Shown: positions 1 through 8,402 of the stretch, piece by piece
How positions within the stretch are numbered: the first letter of the stretch is position 1
Layout: the number at the start of each line of letters is the position of its first letter
Virus record (IMG/VR): IMGVR_UViG_2541047850_000015
Strand: one strand, 5' to 3'
DNA from: a virus
Lineage: Duplodnaviria > Heunggongvirae > Uroviricota > Caudoviricetes
DNA length: 40,635 bases
Notes under the pieces: generated by a model
Databases searched by the model: none
The model's input: only the letters and a program-made list of their open reading frames with translations
Told to the model about the DNA's origin: nothing
Position numbers and translations under genes: made by a program

Positions 1-70
1 GAGTCTTGAGTCTTGAGTCTTGAGTCTTGAGTCTTGAGTCTTGAGTCTTGAGTCTTGAGTCTTGAGTCTT
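1..70. repeat. Perfect tandem heptanucleotide repeat (GAGTCTT)x10 on plus strand (AAGACTC on minus), truncated by the window edge
   Basis: Directly visible: ten identical 7-nt units from position 1 to 70. Confidence 0.97.
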
Positions 71-75
71 GACAT
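1..75 (-). CDS. neuO: 5' end (partial) of leftward gene whose reading frame runs into the heptad repeats; neuO-like phase-variable polysialic acid O-acetyltransferase candidate
   Basis: Minus-strand ATG at about 73-75 preceded by AGGA about 8 nt upstream, reading ATG TCA AGA CTC AAG ACT C... into the repeats; position just downstream of an endosialidase tailspike matches the described CUS-3 neuO locus. Rest of gene is outside the window. Confidence 0.5.
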   Translation of the reverse strand, partial: MSRLKTQDSRLKTQDSRLKTQDSRL

Positions 76-228
76 GTTAGTATCCTACGTTATTTTACCA
101 CTAGTTACTTTTCTTGTCATTAAAAAGCATTTAAATTTTTATATTTAATTTCGTTGACGTCAATGTTTTTTGCCAATGTACTTACTTCTTTATGTGAGCA
201 GTTCATATTTTTGACGCCAACGAAACAT

Positions 229-3174
229 TTAGTGCTTCCCTTCTATTAAGTCTAACCTAGCTTTTATTCTTTCTATTTCTCTGCGCTGCCATGCCGCCTC
301 GATATAGAATAAGAGATCAGGTCTGACCCCCCATCTAGATCCTGCTGGCGTTATTTCAACGCGCTCAATGATGTCTTCTATTACCATCACTGGATTATCA
401 TCCTCATCAACAATGATGCTCCCGTCATTATCAGTCAGCGGCATTTCCCTTTGGCCAGTAATGACGTCATCATATACTGCGGGATAATCGTCATAGCAAA
501 GAAAGGCATAGCGGCATGTTGTGCTTTCTTCTTCCATGAGTCCGTGAGAAATAAGAACATCACGAAGTTGCTGCGCGATTACACCATGATGTATCCTCGC
601 CCCTTCTTCCCCCTTTATAGCGACAGCGTTCAGCCATTTATAAGCGATATACCTGACGTCACCCCAGGCATCCAGCAATGCTTCGTCAGGAGAGACCGGC
701 TCTGTCTTTAATGTTCCGTCACTGGTAACCACAGGATTGGAGCCAAGATAAACTGTCGAGAACCTGTTTCCCGGACCACCAAGAGCATTTACATTATCAA
801 GATAAGGTTTAACATCTCCGTTCTCAAAAAGATGTTCGAGTGCGTTATATACCGCGCGACGTGGAGTACTGCTTCCGGAACCATGCAACGTTATCATTGC
901 ACCATCTGCTGAAGACGTTGTTTCACCGCCGCTAACGATTAATCTCTGAGCGGTAACATCATCAGACGGTACTTTCTTCGCAATAATGGCGTAATTACCC
1001 TCAAGTTTGACTTCCGCGCGAACTTGTCCTGATGTACCTGCATGGACAGTCAGTGACTGGACGGCAACATCATCTGTGAAATCAACGGGTACAGGAACCG
1101 TCCTCACGCCTGACGTCGACATAAAAGTAGGAAGCGTTCTGTTAGGAGTGGCTCCGTAGACAAAATCCCTTGAAACAAATTCTTCCTGTTTAATTTTCAC
1201 CCTGAAACAATACAAATCAGCCGGGTGACCATCGTGAACATAAGGATATTTTCTGTTGTTATCCCCTATGCTCCATGGGTTTAGAAAATCTTCCCCACCG
1301 AAAATGTAGTACAGCCAGTTGTCTTTGATACAAACTGAACCAACACCAACCGCAGAGTTAACTATTCCGCCCTGATAAATCTGATCAGTAACATTAACCC
1401 ACTCTACATTATCCAGACTCCACTCATTGACGTTAACTCTGGTCATAAATGTTCTTGGATAATTTCCTGCATAACGGTTATCAGGTTCTCCTCCTTCCCA
1501 CTCACCAAATGCGCGCTCACTGCCAAAAATAACCAGCTCATCGCCAACTTTGGCAAAAGGAAGGTTTGAGTGATGAACATTATTTGGGAAGCGAAGAGAA
1601 TTCCATGATGTACCTAAATCAGAGCTTCTGTGCAATGAACTACCGGGTTGAGTACTTAATGTCCCCCTGGTCGTCAGATACAGAATGCCATCATAATATT
1701 TTACACATGGCTCAGATGCATTCGCCTCATATTCTGCAGGTATGCGTCTGCGAACAAAGCTACCAGGAGAACCGAAAGCATCAGAGAAATAGAGTATCCC
1801 AAGCTCGCGTGGACCAATATCACCATTATGGTAGCCAACAGCAAAACTGTTATCGCTAATCGTCGCAAAACTGTGAATCTCAGTAACAGGAGTGCTTCCG
1901 TCAACAAAAGAAGGAATAGTTCCAAGACTGGTTTTTCTCCATGGTGACGAGTGAAATGATGTGCCAAAACTCCAGTATCTACCCTCGTTATTCTGATCCA
2001 CATCCTGGGTATTTTGCGTCGTAACTGTAAAGGTATTTTTATCAATAACAGTAGTCACCGTCATATTCCCGGTAACATCTGTAACACCAGAGTTTGAGAA
2101 GTTGACAAAATCACCAGCAAATAATCCGTGATCAGTAATGCGAATATAAGCGACTTGCTGATTTGCTGCTTTCGTTATACCACCATAAACGCGAAGGCTG
2201 CGACTCATTGGGCGATCCCACAACTCTGCAACCTGCAGTTTATTTCCTCTCACGGTCCGCGTCTCAATTACAGCAAAAAGGCGATTTCTGACAACCCCCA
2301 TACTCATGCAGTGATAGTTAACTGTGGGATAGTTTTCATGTAAATCTGTAAGCCATTCCGGCGTTGTCCAGGTCTTCCCGTCATCTCCTGAGCGAACCCA
2401 TGCAACATGGAGGTTATTTACACCATGGCGGTCTCCAGCCATAAAAGGCGCATAGATGACATTGTCATATACAAACGTTTTATCCTGCGTCCAGGCGTTG
2501 TACCACGGTGTATCTGTAATTTTAAATAACTCTCCCTGGATAAAATCTTCAGAAGCATAAAAAAGAGGCTGACCCGGTATTCTCTCAAATAAAAAACGAG
2601 CATTTTTAAATCGACTGACATCTGGAAGAGTTGATACTTTAAAAGTAAGCCCTCGCCCATCTATCTTTTCACCACCTGTTGCAACAGAAAGTAATTCTGA
2701 TAGAGCTGATGTATCATCATGAACACCATCACCAATAGCCCCCCAACCTCTTACATCATAACTGTCTCTCCATCTTGCTATCTGAAGTTTTGGGTATTTA
2801 TTCGCTCCATCTGGGTCTTCTAATTGCTGCCGTAGTTGATCTGGGTCATACTTCAGCACATTAGGAAAATAGAACTGCTGCGCACCATACGCATCATAAA
2901 CAGCCATAGAATGGCCTTGCACGGTAACGAATTTGGCAATCTGTCCGTTATATACAGGATATCCAGCAGCGTTAATGATGATTGGTTGAGAAACAGGAAC
3001 GTGAGAACCGTCTTCGTTCTCCACATAAGCCTGAATCTGGTTTTCAGGATTTACAGGGTCAGTATCAATTTTACCGATATAAATTTTGCCATTAGCTACG
3101 GCTTTAAAAGAACGCGCCATAGTGAAGAGTTGCGAAGGCATCGATACAATCACATTGGCTGTAATGTCTGTCAT
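229..3174 (-). CDS. Tailspike: P22 gp9-type N-terminal head-binding domain fused to an endo-N-acetylneuraminidase (endosialidase) domain with C-terminal intramolecular chaperone domain
   Basis: N-terminus [10 protein letters not shown]...[11 protein letters not shown]...VLKYDPDQ closely resembles P22 gp9 N-terminus; two Asp-box motifs ([16 protein letters not shown]) typical of sialidase beta-propellers; C-terminal about 150 aa resembles the self-cleaving chaperone domain of K1F/K5 tailspikes. Confidence 0.85.
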   Translation of the reverse strand: MTDITANVIVSMPSQLFTMARSFKAVANGKIYIGKIDTDPVNPENQIQAYVENEDGSHVPVSQPIIINAAGYPVYNGQIAKFVTVQGHSMAVYDAYGAQQFYFPNVLKYDPDQLRQQLEDPDGANKYPKLQIARWRDSYDVRGWGAIGDGVHDDTSALSELLSVATGGEKIDGRGLTFKVSTLPDVSRFKNARFLFERIPGQPLFYASEDFIQGELFKITDTPWYNAWTQDKTFVYDNVIYAPFMAGDRHGVNNLHVAWVRSGDDGKTWTTPEWLTDLHENYPTVNYHCMSMGVVRNRLFAVIETRTVRGNKLQVAELWDRPMSRSLRVYGGITKAANQQVAYIRITDHGLFAGDFVNFSNSGVTDVTGNMTVTTVIDKNTFTVTTQNTQDVDQNNEGRYWSFGTSFHSSPWRKTSLGTIPSFVDGSTPVTEIHSFATISDNSFAVGYHNGDIGPRELGILYFSDAFGSPGSFVRRRIPAEYEANASEPCVKYYDGILYLTTRGTLSTQPGSSLHRSSDLGTSWNSLRFPNNVHHSNLPFAKVGDELVIFGSERAFGEWEGGEPDNRYAGNYPRTFMTRVNVNEWSLDNVEWVNVTDQIYQGGIVNSAVGVGSVCIKDNWLYYIFGGEDFLNPWSIGDNNRKYPYVHDGHPADLYCFRVKIKQEEFVSRDFVYGATPNRTLPTFMSTSGVRTVPVPVDFTDDVAVQSLTVHAGTSGQVRAEVKLEGNYAIIAKKVPSDDVTAQRLIVSGGETTSSADGAMITLHGSGSSTPRRAVYNALEHLFENGDVKPYLDNVNALGGPGNRFSTVYLGSNPVVTSDGTLKTEPVSPDEALLDAWGDVRYIAYKWLNAVAIKGEEGARIHHGVIAQQLRDVLISHGLMEEESTTCRYAFLCYDDYPAVYDDVITGQREMPLTDNDGSIIVDEDDNPVMVIEDIIERVEITPAGSRWGVRPDLLFYIEAAWQRREIERIKARLDLIEGKH

Positions 3175-3232
3175 TTAATTTGCTCCAGATACAAGGAATC
3201 GCCGAAGCATGGCTACGGTGAATTTTGGGCAT

Positions 3233-3258
3233 AAAAAAACCCAGCCGAAGCTGGGTCG
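3233..3258 (-). terminator. Rho-independent terminator downstream of ant (CCCAGC-TTCG-GCTGGG followed by T-run on minus strand)
   Basis: GC hairpin plus run of 7 T on the minus strand between ant stop and tailspike start. Confidence 0.6.
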
Positions 3259-3296
3259 TTGCGTTGGTTATTGACCTACACTTTTCGTGCAGGTAG

Positions 3297-4220
3297 TTAA
3301 AGTTTTATTGAGTGGCACGCTCTATCACGTATCGCTGCGAATGAAGCTATCTCTTTAAGTGCCCAGCTTTGCTCAGCCATTAAATGGCGAAGTGCTTTTA
3401 GTTCAGCTCTTACTGCTGAAACGTCATACCCCGCTTTTGTCAGAATATTGATTAGTTTATACGCCGGACTGCATTCAACGAGTGCGCTGCGGTCAAGAGC
3501 AACAGTATCACCGCATTGCTGCCTGATAATGGCGTAAGGTGCATTTTCAGCAAACCATGAAATCGGGAAGTTAATATCCAGTTTTGGCGCTGGTAACTCT
3601 TCTTGTTTGCCAATGAACTCACCTTCAAGTGGAACTCGAGCTGCAAGTGACAGTGCTTCGGTGAACTGCTCCTCACTGATTTCTTTGTACGAACATCCAA
3701 AATGGGATTTCAGTGAGGACCACATGGTGATCATCGCCTTAGCCTGTTTTTCTTTTGGCAGAGACTGACCGCGACTCATGACGAGTTGTTTAATGGCTTC
3801 CTGCTGTTCAGTGGTGATTTTACCCGGCAACGCCTTTTTAGCTTTGCGTGGGTTAACTACATGACCTTTAGTCCAGTACTCGTATAGCACATCGTCACAC
3901 TCTTCCTGATACTGGATTACCTTGTCGCGGATTTCAGGACGGACTTTGTTTGGCTGAATGCTTGAAAGCCAAGCCGCAAACTTACGAAAGGCAAGGCATA
4001 TCATTAACTGTTTACCGCCAGCAGAAGGTATTTCGATTTCCGAAATACCTTTGACAAATCTCTGTTTTAATTTAACAAATTGAGCAGCCCAAACCATACC
4101 CATGCCTTCTACAACGGGTTTCATAGGAACGTAAGGTTCATTGTTAATGCTGACCAAAAAGAGATTTGTTCCGTGGAATGGAACGTTGATTGTATGTTCT
4201 GCAATTGCTACACTCGTCAT
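3297..4220 (-). CDS. ant: Antirepressor Ant (P22 Ant-like, AntA N-terminal domain plus KilAC-like C-terminal region)
   Basis: 307 aa, position downstream of arc in immI, size and organisation like P22 Ant (300 aa). Confidence 0.8.
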   Translation of the reverse strand: MTSVAIAEHTINVPFHGTNLFLVSINNEPYVPMKPVVEGMGMVWAAQFVKLKQRFVKGISEIEIPSAGGKQLMICLAFRKFAAWLSSIQPNKVRPEIRDKVIQYQEECDDVLYEYWTKGHVVNPRKAKKALPGKITTEQQEAIKQLVMSRGQSLPKEKQAKAMITMWSSLKSHFGCSYKEISEEQFTEALSLAARVPLEGEFIGKQEELPAPKLDINFPISWFAENAPYAIIRQQCGDTVALDRSALVECSPAYKLINILTKAGYDVSAVRAELKALRHLMAEQSWALKEIASFAAIRDRACHSIKL

Positions 4221-4283
4221 GTCGTTAATTCCTATGCGTGGTTTTACGATACCGAAGCCCTGACTGTTACCGCAGTTGGGGCT

Positions 4284-4505
4284 TCACTGTTTTTGTAAGT
4301 CACTGTAGCTATAAAGCCACTGACCACTCATTTTTGATTTGATTGACTCTACTGAATCACGGCAAGGAATGATTCCGCCTGACATCATTCTGATCTCCGT
4401 AAATTCACCACTCCTTATCGATTCAATGCCATCAATGTTAACTAAAGATTTACCTCTACCAAGTGCATTCTCATAGCCAATCTCATCAACCTCAATAAAC
4501 CTCAT
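4284..4505 (-). CDS. Hypothetical 73-aa protein inserted between arc and ant, start overlaps arc stop (ATGA)
   Basis: ORF in track; GAGGGG upstream; translational coupling to arc. No recognisable family. Confidence 0.45.
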   Translation of the reverse strand: MRFIEVDEIGYENALGRGKSLVNIDGIESIRSGEFTEIRMMSGGIIPCRDSVESIKSKMSGQWLYSYSDLQKQ

Positions 4506-4660
4506 ACCGTTATCCCCTCTCTCTTCAGGCTGTCCAACACTCGCTTGTAAATCTCAGAGTTAACAGATCGCCCGTTCTCTTCCGCCACCTTACGCACCAA
4601 ATCCAATACTTCTTTAGGCCACCGCAAATTGAACTGCGGCATTTTGCTCATTCCTTTCAT
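4502..4660 (-). CDS. arc: Arc repressor (ribbon-helix-helix)
   Basis: MKGMSKMPQFNLRWPKEVLDLVRKVAEENGRSVNSEIY... is near-identical to P22 Arc; start moved to internal ATG (about 4660) because upstream ORF-track extension would cover the operators. Confidence 0.92.
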   Translation of the reverse strand: MKGMSKMPQFNLRWPKEVLDLVRKVAEENGRSVNSEIYKRVLDSLKREGITV

Positions 4661-4674
4661 ATTTACCTCACAAT

Positions 4675-4723
4675 ATAGGTCCACCGTGGACCTATTGAGA
4701 ATATAGTAGAGTGCTTCTATCAT
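4675..4723. promoter_or_regulatory. immI control region: Mnt operator palindrome (about 4675-4695, TAGGTCCACCGTGGACCTA) and Arc operator (about 4703-4723, ATAGTAGAGTGCTTCTATCAT) with divergent Pant/Pmnt promoters
   Basis: Perfect 19-bp palindrome seen in sequence; second site matches the P22 arc operator as I remember it; located between divergent arc and mnt starts. Confidence 0.8.
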
Positions 4724-4750
4724 GTCAATACACTAACTTGGGGTGATGGC

Positions 4751-5005
4751 ATGGCTAGAAACGATCCGCACTTTAACTTCCGTATGCCTTTGGAAGTAAG
4801 AGAAAAATTGAAATTAAGAGCAGAGGCTAACGGAAGGTCAATGAACTCTGAGTTATTACAAATCGTTCAGGATGCTCTCTCAAAGCCATCACCGATTGCA
4901 GGCTATCGAGACGAAGCTGAACGCTTGGCTGATCAGCAAGCAGAGCAGTTCAAGGCCGTTGTGTTTGAGACACTTAAAAAGATTTATGGCAAGGATGATA
5001 AATAA
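4751..5005 (+). CDS. mnt: Mnt repressor
   Basis: MARNDPHFNFRMPLEVREKLKLRAEANGRSMNSELLQIVQDALSKPSP... is near-identical to P22 Mnt. Confidence 0.92.
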   Translation: MARNDPHFNFRMPLEVREKLKLRAEANGRSMNSELLQIVQDALSKPSPIAGYRDEAERLADQQAEQFKAVVFETLKKIYGKDDK

Positions 5006-5541
5006 TGCTGCACACAATTCATTTCTTATGCCCCGTTAACACTGCCACTGTTGGGCAACTTCAGAACCACTGTCTCACCGCATTATCTCAAGGCGCAACT
5101 GAATTAAATATCCATATATCAAGTCAGGGAGGGGAAACTGCCGCTGGCTTTACTGCGTATAACTTTCTTAAGTCACTCCCTGTTACCGTTAGAACTCACA
5201 ACATAAGCAATGTTGAATCCATAGCTAATATCGTTTTCCTGGCTGGCTCAGAACGTTTCGCAAACCCATTATCAAGATTCCTGTTACATCCTCTATTATG
5301 GTGCTTTGCCTCCCCAGCCGCCGACCATGCCAGATTGAGAGAGTACGGGAAATGCCTCGATAACGATCTTGATCGCTTCGTTGAGACGTTCAATATCGAC
5401 ATCGGAACCCATATTAGGTGGGCATCCCTGATAGCAGACTCGACCATTTTGGATGCTAACAAGGCTCTTGAGCATGGCATAATTAATTCCATAAAAACCG
5501 CAAGGCTGGCATCCAATCAGGCAAACTGGTGGGTTGTTTGA
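5005..5541 (+). CDS. ClpP-like serine protease-domain protein (178 aa), translationally coupled to mnt (TAATG overlap)
   Basis: Alignable by eye with ClpP: ISSQGGETAAGFTAY / VSTIC..S..A / RF..P.SR...H; candidate Ser-His-Asp triad positions retained (ESIAN, LLHPL, ADSTILDA). Not in the head module. Confidence 0.55.
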   Translation: MLHTIHFLCPVNTATVGQLQNHCLTALSQGATELNIHISSQGGETAAGFTAYNFLKSLPVTVRTHNISNVESIANIVFLAGSERFANPLSRFLLHPLLWCFASPAADHARLREYGKCLDNDLDRFVETFNIDIGTHIRWASLIADSTILDANKALEHGIINSIKTARLASNQANWWVV

Positions 5542-5566
5542 TGGGTAAATCATGAATACTCCTTAT

Positions 5567-5597
5567 AAAAAACCCGCGATTAAGCGGGTTTGATTAG
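5567..5597. terminator. Bidirectional hairpin terminator between convergent ClpP-like gene and ORF6N gene (CCCGC-GATTAA-GCGGG flanked by A/T runs)
   Basis: Hairpin with T-rich tracts on both strands in the 75-nt convergent intergenic gap. Confidence 0.5.
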
Positions 5598-5616
5598 CAA
5601 TAATCTATCCTTTTGG

Positions 5617-6474
5617 TTAAAAAAGTTTTCGAAGATCTACGCCATACACAGCAAGCCAAGCATCGCGAGGCCATGACTTAACTGAGCCAAAGCGTGGGTC
5701 GTTGACATCATGTGGGGTGACGTCATTCTCCCGGCACCACTTGCGAAGAGGCTGCCATTTGAATTTCTGCCCCAGCTTCTTTTCTACCGGGATAATGGCG
5801 GCGTAGTTCTTTCCTTCCCCTACCCGTTCAGCTAATTTGTTTTTGGCGCGGACGGCTGCTGATGCGGTAGCCATTGCTGTAGCTTCGCGTTTTGCTGCAA
5901 TCCACAACTTTTCTTTTACCGCTCTGTCGCGCTGTTGCTCAAGAAGCCGATTCTCTTTGACCTTTAGAAGTAAATCTTCCAGAGCCTGCTCGTATGTCTG
6001 CGGTAGGATGCTTTTTACCAAGGGACGGAAGTAAGCATTTTCCAACCGTTCGAAGAAAGACCATGCTTCGTCTGTATCGACAATTTTCGACATCCGCGCT
6101 GCGCCCTTCTCCGTCCACAAAACAATTGAACGAGCTTTGTTCGAAATTTGTGCGTGACTATTAGTCACTCGCAAATTCTTCAACTCTTGGCCTTTAATAG
6201 TGAAGATGTGAATTCCTTCAATGAAGCGTCCAGCATTGCGTGACAGGTTTTTCCGAATGTTAGCCTCATCCGTACCATAACCTGAAGCCAGCGTTTCAGT
6301 CGTAACAACACGTAAACCCTCCCATTCAATCACTGGAAGCGGCTGGGGATCGACATTTGGCTCATGAACTGCTAAATTTAATAAAGTCATTGGTTGGACC
6401 CTTATGACAAGTTTCAATGAAAGCCGGTAGCTCGTAACTGTCGGCTTTTCTTTTTGCACCGTCCTGTGCGTCAA
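5617..6474 (-). CDS. Antirepressor-like protein with ORF6N-type N-terminal domain
   Basis: Motif LPVIEWEGLRVVTTETLASGYGTDEANIRKNLSRNAGRFIEGIHIFTIKGQEL typical of ORF6N domain; track start is TTG, an alternative ATG lies about 6390. Confidence 0.6.
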   Translation of the reverse strand: MTHRTVQKEKPTVTSYRLSLKLVIRVQPMTLLNLAVHEPNVDPQPLPVIEWEGLRVVTTETLASGYGTDEANIRKNLSRNAGRFIEGIHIFTIKGQELKNLRVTNSHAQISNKARSIVLWTEKGAARMSKIVDTDEAWSFFERLENAYFRPLVKSILPQTYEQALEDLLLKVKENRLLEQQRDRAVKEKLWIAAKREATAMATASAAVRAKNKLAERVGEGKNYAAIIPVEKKLGQKFKWQPLRKWCRENDVTPHDVNDPRFGSVKSWPRDAWLAVYGVDLRKLF

Positions 6475-7206
6475 TCAGTGAATCCATTCCTCACCGCGAA
6501 GCATTGCCAACATTGGCTGCGCATGCTTCACGACAATATTGCTGTTATCCAGTTCCTGTACTTCACGAAGCAGGATCTTCTTGGTTTCCACAGTCATATA
6601 ACGAATGTCGTGGGCGATGTCGTATAGCATCCCTGCGTATTCTGACTTAGCCTGTTTCATTGCCGGGTAAAGTTGCTGGCTAACCCGCTGGCTCTTTTCC
6701 ATCCAGAGCTGGAGATAGCAAAGGCTGATTAACTCATCATCTGTGAACTGTTTGGCGATCGGTGAATCCGTGGCTTCACGATCCAAAATATCCAGCACCC
6801 AACGGCGGAACTCTTTGGCCTTGGGCGTAGAAGCAAACATCGCCACCAAGTGAGCGCCTCGGAGTGAGTAAACTCTGACCGATTTGTTACGTAAGCTATT
6901 GTTTATCCCGTTGACACTCATATTGAGGGTCAATGACATTGAGTCGGAAAACTCATCAGCATTACGGGCATAAATTTGGCTGATGGCATCAGTTTTTTTA
7001 TAGCCGAGAGCCTTAGCTAGTTCGGTGGAGGTAAACCAGATAGACCCGCCCTCTGTTACTGGGTTAAAGGTGAATCCTTGGAAGTTGTAATCTGATTTTG
7101 CTACAATATTCATATCGATATTTCCGTCGTAGGATTTGTTCGATACCGAAGCCTGACGGTCTAGCCACCGTTGGGCTTCAACGTTTTTAATGGATGATAA
7201 TTTCAC
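6475..7206 (-). CDS. Bro-N domain antirepressor-like protein (probable true start at ATG about 7113)
   Basis: FTSTELAKALGY...VRVYSLRGAHLVAMFASTPKAKEFRRWVLDIL matches Bro-N domain; track start is GTG at 7206 and would overlap the upstream small ORF. Confidence 0.6.
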   Translation of the reverse strand: MKLSSIKNVEAQRWLDRQASVSNKSYDGNIDMNIVAKSDYNFQGFTFNPVTEGGSIWFTSTELAKALGYKKTDAISQIYARNADEFSDSMSLTLNMSVNGINNSLRNKSVRVYSLRGAHLVAMFASTPKAKEFRRWVLDILDREATDSPIAKQFTDDELISLCYLQLWMEKSQRVSQQLYPAMKQAKSEYAGMLYDIAHDIRYMTVETKKILLREVQELDNSNIVVKHAQPMLAMLRGEEWIH

Positions 7207-7360
7207 CTTTCTTCTCCATATCCATGACCTTAGCCATAAAGAAATCGATCATCCCCTGAGTCGAGCGGTAGCTTTTAGCTGCGTTACTTTCCAAAAACTC
7301 ACGCACTTCAGCACTTGGGCGGTAGGAGATAGGCTTGATATCTTTTTTCTTCTGTTCCAT
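7187..7360 (-). CDS. Small 57-aa protein, predicted ribbon-helix-helix-like regulator (first gene of the antirepressor operon)
   Basis: Hand-translated MEQKKKDIKPISYRPSAEVREFLESNAAKSY...; GAGGTG RBS 5 nt upstream of ATG; strand-helix-helix pattern by eye. Below ORF-track size cut-off. Confidence 0.4.
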   Translation of the reverse strand: MEQKKKDIKPISYRPSAEVREFLESNAAKSYRSTQGMIDFFMAKVMDMEKKGEIIIH

Positions 7361-7457
7361 TATTCACCTCATGTAGTTTTGTTATTCAATTGCTCAATCT
7401 TCAACATTAGGTTAGTACCAGACTAATATTGAGTCAATGATTTTTTAAGGTGCAAAT
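7361..7457. promoter_or_regulatory. Divergent promoter/operator region of accessory switch; imperfect inverted repeat CAATTGCTCAAT ... TATTGAGTCAATG
   Basis: 97-bp gap between divergent starts; inverted repeat seen by eye. Confidence 0.35.
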
Positions 7458-8318
7458 ATGAGTTTTGATGATTCTTTTTCTAAACGAGTTGCCATAGCGC
7501 GCAACTCCATCGGTTTGACTCAATCCGAGCTTGCTAAGAAAGTAGGCGTGGTATCCAGACAGATCGCTGCTTACGAGGGCGGGGAAGCCAAGCCAAGAGA
7601 AAAGGCACTTCAAAACCTTGCGGCTGCATTGGGAACTACCACTGAATGGCTTACGCAAGGGAAAGGAGATGGCCCTGACGTTAGCAGTGTCAAGAGAACT
7701 GTTACTGTGCGCGAGATTCCTGTGCTAACACACGTACAGGCAAGATTTGAATCGCTAGATGATTTACTAAAGACTGCTGCTATAAAGGACTTTATTCCAG
7801 CCCCTCCTGAAGCCAATGAATACTGTTTTGCCGTTGAAATACAAGGAGACTCCATGTCTTCCGGTGATGGGATTAGCTTTCCTCCTGGAACAATCGTAAC
7901 TTTCGATTCATCGCTAGAGGCTGTTTCTGGTGACTTTGTGATGTGTGTGCTGAATGATGATTCTGAGGCTACATTTAAGCAGCTTATACTGGATCAGCGC
8001 CAAATCTACCTTAAGCCACTTAACCCTTTATACCCTATGTTCCAACCTGATTTTATCGAGGTTGTTGGCGTGGCTATTCATTCTCAGTTCCGAATAAAGA
8101 GGGAAAAACTTATCTCTCCAATGCCGCATAGCGAAGTAGAGAAACTGGTTGAAGAAGCACACAAGGTTAGCCAAGATTTTTGGTCAAATGCAAAATTTGA
8201 CAAGAATACACCCTTTGACGAACGTCTTAAGCGACTAGATGAAATTGCTGAGCGCCTTGAGAAATTTGCTAACTACAGCCTTTCACAGGCCCGTTATAAA
8301 CACTCACCAGACAAGTAA
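7458..8318 (+). CDS. cI/LexA-like repressor: N-terminal HTH (XRE) plus S24 peptidase domain with about 75-aa C-terminal helical extension
   Basis: HTH segment GLTQSELAKKVGVVSRQIAAYEGG; S24 motifs GDSM and FKQL...KPLNP; AAGGTG RBS. Confidence 0.7.
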   Translation: MSFDDSFSKRVAIARNSIGLTQSELAKKVGVVSRQIAAYEGGEAKPREKALQNLAAALGTTTEWLTQGKGDGPDVSSVKRTVTVREIPVLTHVQARFESLDDLLKTAAIKDFIPAPPEANEYCFAVEIQGDSMSSGDGISFPPGTIVTFDSSLEAVSGDFVMCVLNDDSEATFKQLILDQRQIYLKPLNPLYPMFQPDFIEVVGVAIHSQFRIKREKLISPMPHSEVEKLVEEAHKVSQDFWSNAKFDKNTPFDERLKRLDEIAERLEKFANYSLSQARYKHSPDK

Positions 8319-8402
8319 TAAGCACAAAATCACTTAACCAACCCGGGTAGGCTGCGCTCCCTTGAGTCACATGGTATCCTGCACAAAACTAAGGAGGTTG
8401 GT

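Noticed and set aside
451-711. Plus-strand 86-aa ORF inside the tailspike gene
   Set aside because: Lies entirely antisense to a long, well-supported tailspike CDS, with no RBS or recognisable family; typical antisense artefact. The same applies to 1566-1859, 1701-2045, 2128-2343, 2418-2660 and 2836-3234.
4661-4723. ORF-track N-terminal extension of arc (start at 4723)
   Set aside because: The extension would cover both the Omnt and Oarc operators; the conserved Arc sequence begins at the internal ATG (about 4660) with a GAGGT RBS.
5005-5541. Interpretation of the ClpP-like gene as a prohead maturation protease
   Set aside because: It is outside the head module, on the opposite strand, coupled to mnt, and P22-type capsid assembly uses a recycled scaffold without proteolysis.
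5196-5553. Minus-strand ORFs (106 and 85 aa) overlapping the ClpP-like gene
   Set aside because: Antisense to the plus-strand gene that has ClpP-like motifs and translational coupling to mnt; no independent support.
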